From: Treponema sp. UBA3649
Lineage (GTDB): Bacteria > Spirochaetota > Spirochaetia > Treponematales > Treponemataceae
Direction of reading: 5' to 3'
Assembly: GCA_002373325.1 (NCBI GenBank)
Contig: DFKI01000160.1
Span: 35,525-89,983, forward strand
DNA length: 54,459 nt
Each line of letters starts with the position of its first letter. The first letter of the stretch is position 1. The notes under the pieces were generated by a model. The model saw only the letters and a list, made by a program, of their open reading frames with translations, made no database searches and was not told where the DNA came from. Below are positions 49,589 to 54,459 of the stretch, piece by piece. The translations under genes and the position numbers were made by a program.

Positions 49589-49945
49589 TTACACCTTCAG
49601 AACCTCTTTCCATTCCGCTTCTTTAAATCCCGTGCAGACCGCATCATCGGTTACAAGCAGGGGTCTTTTTACCAGCATGCCATCACTTGCCAAAAGCTTA
49701 AACTGCTCGTCCTCGCTCATGTTCGGGAGTTTTGCAGAAAGCTCCATCTCTCGGTAAAGGATTCCGCTGGTGTTAAAAAACTTTTTGAGCGGTAGCCCGG
49801 ATTTCTTGTATAATGCACGCAAGGTCTTTTCGTCCGGATGCTCGCCCTTAATGTCGATTTTCTGATACTCCACACCCTTTGCCTCAAGCCAGGCAAGAGC
49901 CTTTTTGCATGTGGAACAGCGGTCGTAACAGTAGACTTTGATCAT
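49589..49945 (-). CDS. ArsC/Spx/YffB family protein
   Basis: CSTCKKA, FNTSG, GMLVKRP; AGGAG before ATG 49945. Confidence 0.9.
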   Translation of the reverse strand: MIKVYCYDRCSTCKKALAWLEAKGVEYQKIDIKGEHPDEKTLRALYKKSGLPLKKFFNTSGILYREMELSAKLPNMSEDEQFKLLASDGMLVKRPLLVTDDAVCTGFKEAEWKEVLKV

Positions 49946-50011
49946 GGAAGACTCCTTTTTATTCACTTAAGATGAACCCAGTATATCACGGAAAAAAATA
50001 TTTCTCAATTT

Positions 50012-50452
50012 TTATTTCTGCACCATCTTAACCGTTTGCTCATCCATCTCGCCGCCAAAATATTTATCCAGCACAGCCTTGAACACCCGAGCTTCCTTTT
50101 CGTATTTTGAATCATGTCCAGAAGCAAGCAAAAAGAGCGTCATGGAAGATTTTAGCTTCAAGTCATCGGGATAACCCATCACCTGAGTTGCGTTGTTTGA
50201 CTCAAGGGCAAGGAGGCTTTCAGAAATTTCCACCAGATGCGAGCGAAGCAGATCGTCCGCAAGATATTCCCGCGCTTCTTCAATTCCTTTGATTCCATAG
50301 TACTGTGAAATCTCACTGAATCCAAGGCCCTCCAGCTGGGGGAATATGTACCACATCCAGTGGCTTTGTTTTTGTCCGCTGCGGATTTCGGCAAGGGCAG
50401 TTTCGTAGTCGAGTTCCTGTTTTTTTTTGAATCGGGTTAGGTCGTGGGGCAT
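50012..50452 (-). CDS. DUF1810 family protein
   Basis: ALAEIRSGQKQSHWMWYIFPQ, PDDLKLKSSMTLF. Confidence 0.9.
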   Translation of the reverse strand: MPHDLTRFKKKQELDYETALAEIRSGQKQSHWMWYIFPQLEGLGFSEISQYYGIKGIEEAREYLADDLLRSHLVEISESLLALESNNATQVMGYPDDLKLKSSMTLFLLASGHDSKYEKEARVFKAVLDKYFGGEMDEQTVKMVQK

Positions 50453-51837
50453 AGGGGTCTCCTTAGCTTGCTCTCAATTAATCTCATGTGCTCTATAAAA
50501 TCGGAATAATTCTCTTTAGTGGGAATGGGAATTCCGTAAGTTGCAATTTGTCCGCCATAGCCATAAAGATTTTTGGGCTTACTGATTATGATTTCTGGAT
50601 TATTTCTTTTATCAGCTTTGTCGTAGGGATAAATAAGCCCTCCCTGCTTAGCCGGCAAAATGTACATGTATGTGATTAGCTGATGCAAATCATCTCTTGA
50701 AAAACATCCGCTAATTTCGTCACTGTCCGGCCTATGATTATCAAGATGTTTATATTTTGCATCAAGCACAAAATTTGATTCTGACGTTTGCAATCTTTCC
50801 ATCTGCTTTCCCTTGTAAAAATCTGGATAGCGGGGATTTCCATCATAAACTTTTATTGCTCCATCGGCAGCTTTGTTTCTCGGATGCTTGAATCCCGCCG
50901 GAACTAGAATCGTCGCCAAATATTCTTCCCAAAGCCATGCGCCGTCAAAGAGAATTCCGTATGCTTTGTTTTTTGAATTCCCATAGCCGATTTTCTTGTG
51001 GCGCAAAATTGAAAGGCAGAGATTTTGGAGCGGCTTATAGGCTGTGTAATAGGGATGGGTTATGGGCTTAAGATTTTGTGCAATCACTTTTTCGCGATTG
51101 TGGATGTCATAGCTTTGCGTTGCCTCTATGATTTCCTGCACACAGATTTTTGTCTCAGGGTCATTGGCTAGAATATCTTTTGCGAACGTCTTTGTCCTAA
51201 TATATTCGATTGTGTGGCGGATAAGTTCTGTTACAGGATTGTCAAAACTACACTCCCGGCTCTTATATGCAATTTTTCCGCCAAAGGGAATGTTCTGTCT
51301 GATGTGACGGCTAACATCAATTGCACCCTTCACATTTGCGTCGTTTCGGTTAAAGGTCTGATACTGCCTAAAGATTCCCTGGGCAAGTGCCTTTTTCAAA
51401 AGCAGGGGAAAGGCGAACATTAATAAGTCAAGCTGGCCGTCATTTGAGGTTGAATGTTCCCAGTCAAATAGATTTATGGAAAAAACTTTTTGCAGCATGT
51501 AATGAAGAAAATAATCGCTCTTGTCGTCAGAAGAAAAACGCGATGTGATTTTTAGCTGTGTTCCTCCGATTCCAATAAAGCCCATTAGGTTGCCGGTCTT
51601 AAGCAGAACATTTTCCAGCTTTTCAGAATCCCCATGCAGATTGAAAATTTCCTGCTCCTCGATGCCGTCGTCATGCGCGCCCAACACTTGCGGAAAAATC
51701 AAAAGGGCCGGATTAATTTTTGCAAGCTCTGCAATCGGTGTGTTGGCAATTTTTGACAGGTTCTGATAGTCGCGGTCAGTTCCGCCCAAAGATGTAAAAC
51801 TCGCTCCACAGTTATTGTCGGTTGTATTAAGATTCAT
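50437..51837 (-). CDS. mcrC: McrC-like restriction nuclease subunit
   Basis: TGNLMGFIG, DNPVTELIRH, LFDGAWLWEEY, YPDFY, LDAKYK, DLHQLITYM. Confidence 0.88.
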   Translation of the reverse strand: MNLNTTDNNCGASFTSLGGTDRDYQNLSKIANTPIAELAKINPALLIFPQVLGAHDDGIEEQEIFNLHGDSEKLENVLLKTGNLMGFIGIGGTQLKITSRFSSDDKSDYFLHYMLQKVFSINLFDWEHSTSNDGQLDLLMFAFPLLLKKALAQGIFRQYQTFNRNDANVKGAIDVSRHIRQNIPFGGKIAYKSRECSFDNPVTELIRHTIEYIRTKTFAKDILANDPETKICVQEIIEATQSYDIHNREKVIAQNLKPITHPYYTAYKPLQNLCLSILRHKKIGYGNSKNKAYGILFDGAWLWEEYLATILVPAGFKHPRNKAADGAIKVYDGNPRYPDFYKGKQMERLQTSESNFVLDAKYKHLDNHRPDSDEISGCFSRDDLHQLITYMYILPAKQGGLIYPYDKADKRNNPEIIISKPKNLYGYGGQIATYGIPIPTKENYSDFIEHMRLIESKLRRPLCPTT

Positions 51838-51870
51838 AAGTGCTATATTGACAATAAATCTGAAAGTGCG

Positions 51871-51927
51871 CTAGAAATTTCCATAGGCCAAACCAAAATC
51901 AACCCACCAAATCTCACCACGTGTCAT
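51871..51927 (-). pseudogene. Truncated PemK/MazF toxin N-terminus
   Basis: MTRGEIWWVDFGLAYGNF then stop; start overlaps the end of the upstream gene. Confidence 0.75.
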
Positions 51928-52168
51928 CTTTTAATGCCTCCCACATTGTACGCATGGACGAATGTGCAATAGCGAGTTGTTCCTCGGCAGGAATCTTGTC
52001 ATATACAGCATTTATACGCTCAACCTCGGCCATATCAACTTCGGAATCATTTTGAGAAGTTTTCTTTTTTGCCAGTAAAGCCTTTACCTTTTCAAAAATA
52101 CCTTCCAATGCAGGAACATCAAGTTTATCAAGTTCGGAATTAAAATATGCATAAGCAAAATCTGACAT
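51914..52168 (-). CDS. Putative antitoxin of the lost PemK/MazF toxin
   Basis: 84 aa, own TGnTATAAT and GGAGG; acidic end MWEALKDDTW overlaps the toxin start. Confidence 0.7.
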   Translation of the reverse strand: MSDFAYAYFNSELDKLDVPALEGIFEKVKALLAKKKTSQNDSEVDMAEVERINAVYDKIPAEEQLAIAHSSMRTMWEALKDDTW

Positions 52169-52228
52169 AATTTACCTCCGTGTCCATTATAGCACTATAT
52201 TTGTTTTTTTGCTTTATTTTATTTACTT

Positions 52229-53863
52229 TTACTCATTTAAATTTTGTTTTTCCTCCGTTAAATTGTCGTTTTTATAAGCCTTTTTCAAATCTTCAAGTTT
52301 TGATTCCGCATTTTCCATTCCGCGGAGATATTCACGAAGCAGTCCTTCAAGATGATATTCCCAAAGTTTGCCAAAGTCATTATCCAAATCTTTAAGTTTC
52401 AAAAAATATGCGCCGCCGATATGATAAGCAGAGGATAGACCTTCGATTTTAGAAATCGCATCATTAAGAGAATTCATGCGCTTGGTTGCCTCTTCTCTGA
52501 TTGAATAATCAAGCCCTGAAAGAATCTGCTCCTGCGTGTCTTTTGCCGTGATTTCCTTAAAAGTGAAGCGTCTGCGGAAAGCAAAATCCATGCTCTCAAC
52601 GTTGCGGTCAATGTCGTTCATCGTACCGATTATGTAGACGTTTTCGGGAACATAGAATCCATCGTAAAATACATTACTTTCGTTTACAAGGTTTTGATAC
52701 TGTGTTTTAATCAAGCCAGCTTTTCCACGATATCCAGGATCAATAGAAAAGAACAACTCCCCGAAAATCTTGCTCATTTCTCCACGGTTGATTTCATCAA
52801 TGATGAAAACGAATGAGGTGTTGTTATCCGCTAAAACTTGAACTTCTACTACTTCACAATCATTTTGTTTTTCACTTTCGAATTTTTTTGCCCTATCTAA
52901 TAAAACTTGTAAAGTCCAACCATATTCAGGATAATCGATTGTTTTTGTACGTCCATTTGTTAATTCAGAAATCAAACTCCAATATTTATCTCTATCATAA
53001 TTTGACAAATCGTAAATACGTTTATTCAGAAAATAATCATACATCAATTTCATATTTTCTTCTGACTCTGTGCGAGGAGAATTTTCCCTATAAAGCAACC
53101 GACCATCTTCTTTTAATCTCAATGGATAAGATCCTCGTGCCGTTTTATAAGATGTTATTTTTCCAGATTTTACATCATCGAGCAAACTTTTATATACAAT
53201 ATCAAATGAAGAATCTTTTACTTTTGTTACAGGAAGAGACTTCCTCAAATCTTGGAATATAGCTTTTTTGCAAAATTCCTTGAACACACCGTCCTTGCGC
53301 TCAAAAACAATCTGCCCACTGCCACCGTCGTTTACAGGCCGCAAGCCCTCAACAAAATCCGTGTAGTCGTAGCTTGGGTGAAACTGCACAAAGCCAATCT
53401 CGTTATCAGAGCATCCCATTGCCTCTGCAATATCTCGGGCAAGGTGCGTCTTTCCTGTTCCTGGTGCTCCGTGGAGGATTAGGTTGTGGGTGTTCAGCAG
53501 TAGATTTTTGTATTGTTCAATTTGTTCTTTCATAGTAACCTTCTGAAAAGTTTTTTGCTCGAATTTCTTTCCATTGTTTTTCTGCAATAAAAATTCTTTG
53601 TATTTGTTTAATGCAGCTTTTGTCCGTCCATTTTGATCGCTTTTATTCACTATATCAAAATCTGGCAACTGTTTTATCCTTTCCAATTCTTTGGAATACG
53701 AATTATAATCAGTATAACGAAATAAATTTCCAATATTCTTGTCCGGGAGTTTTTCATCCAACCAAGAATCCAAAACTTGTACTGCATGATTAATATAACC
53801 TGGGCTATCTGAAGTTGTACCTCCATTATACAACCAATTCTCAAAATCTGTTTTTTGATTCAT
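52229..53863 (-). CDS. mcrB: McrB-like GTPase
   Basis: GAPGTGKT, FVQFHPSYDYTDFVEG, IIDEINRG, TMNDIDR, DFAFRRRF. Confidence 0.92.
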   Translation of the reverse strand: MNQKTDFENWLYNGGTTSDSPGYINHAVQVLDSWLDEKLPDKNIGNLFRYTDYNSYSKELERIKQLPDFDIVNKSDQNGRTKAALNKYKEFLLQKNNGKKFEQKTFQKVTMKEQIEQYKNLLLNTHNLILHGAPGTGKTHLARDIAEAMGCSDNEIGFVQFHPSYDYTDFVEGLRPVNDGGSGQIVFERKDGVFKEFCKKAIFQDLRKSLPVTKVKDSSFDIVYKSLLDDVKSGKITSYKTARGSYPLRLKEDGRLLYRENSPRTESEENMKLMYDYFLNKRIYDLSNYDRDKYWSLISELTNGRTKTIDYPEYGWTLQVLLDRAKKFESEKQNDCEVVEVQVLADNNTSFVFIIDEINRGEMSKIFGELFFSIDPGYRGKAGLIKTQYQNLVNESNVFYDGFYVPENVYIIGTMNDIDRNVESMDFAFRRRFTFKEITAKDTQEQILSGLDYSIREEATKRMNSLNDAISKIEGLSSAYHIGGAYFLKLKDLDNDFGKLWEYHLEGLLREYLRGMENAESKLEDLKKAYKNDNLTEEKQNLNE

Positions 53864-53933
53864 AGCTTTATCTCCTCCTCCCGCTATACCGCACTTTCAT
53901 ACCCATATCACTATCCATCAGTCAGGCCATTGT

Positions 53934-54459
53934 TTATTTTCCGTGGCAGTGCTTGTATTTCTTTCCGCTGCCGCATGGACAGGGTTCATTTCTGCCGACT
54001 TTGGGGAAAGTAACTATGTCAGGCAAACTTTGATTTTGCCCAAAGGACGCTTGCGGGGAAAAATAGCGCAAGTCAGGAGCCTTTTGATCGAACAAGTCAT
54101 TTGGAGTTGAGCCGTAATTTACCCACAAATGCGTTGAATTATTGAGTTCCTGATAGATTTTGAAGAACTCCTGAGCCTCCCTTGTTGAAAGTTCCTCCGT
54201 AAGTTCATAATCTTCATTCAATATGTTAACCACCTGAGTCATCATAAATCCGTCTTTGATGTAAAACATAATGTCTGTAAGAATATCCTCTGAATCTTCG
54301 TATTCTTTTCTTGTCTTTTCTAGAAAGTTTTTCATCCTGATAAAATAAGGATTTTTATACTCGGACTCAAACTTGCCGTGAGAATCAAATGCATCCGTGG
54401 TGTCGGGATTTCTGGAATCTTCAAACCAGTCCAACAGATTTTCCCGTGAAGGAACAAAG
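53934..54459 (-). CDS. 3' part of a SEC-C motif protein (start lies outside the window)
   Basis: [21 protein letters not shown]; frame open to the window edge. Confidence 0.85.
   Translation of the reverse strand, partial: FVPSRENLLDWFEDSRNPDTTDAFDSHGKFESEYKNPYFIRMKNFLEKTRKEYEDSEDILTDIMFYIKDGFMMTQVVNILNEDYELTEELSTREAQEFFKIYQELNNSTHLWVNYGSTPNDLFDQKAPDLRYFSPQASFGQNQSLPDIVTFPKVGRNEPCPCGSGKKYKHCHGK

Larger units (their letters stand above)
21141..53863. other. Defence island
   Basis: Clustered RM, McrBC, Wadjet, IetAS, RloA-like and TA remnants; visibly AT-rich blocks at about 24-33 kb and 36-38.5 kb; no integrase seen. Confidence 0.85.

Noticed and set aside
51839-52196. 9-bp inverted repeat AGTGCTATA flanking the TA remnant as transposon ends
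   Set aside because: Too short, coincides with an extended -10 motif, and has no target duplication
53934-54459. secA
   Set aside because: Only the SEC-C motif matches; the preceding sequence does not resemble the SecA C-terminal scaffold

Overview
Bacterial chromosomal window, most likely from a gut or rumen Treponema-like spirochaete. That assignment is inferred from protein families, lipoprotein style and intergenic palindromes, and is not verified. Bases 1-21,000 are GC-richer core DNA: part of a ter/yce stress cluster, PHP, MocR-like, ALDH and HD-GYP genes, a lipoprotein, a complete rnfCDGEAB operon, and a large Ig-domain lipoprotein whose signal peptide is shifted out of frame by a G11/C11 tract. 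Bases ~21,100-53,900 form a dense, partly AT-rich defence island: an LlaJI-like RM system (two m5C MTases plus McrB-like and McrC-like subunits), IetAS followed by a deoxyribosyltransferase-like protein with an SSB-like C-terminal tail, an orphan RloA-like ATPase, an EcoRII-like RM pair between 459-bp direct repeats, Wadjet jetABCD plus DUF72, McrBC, two DUF4143 ATPases, two mutT paralogues (one carrying an in-frame REP doublet) and two antitoxin-like genes whose toxins survive only as short stubs. The best candidate for an undescribed system is the ietA-ietS-NDT/wHTH/SSB-tail operon. No CRISPR, rRNA, tRNA, integrase or transposase was seen.
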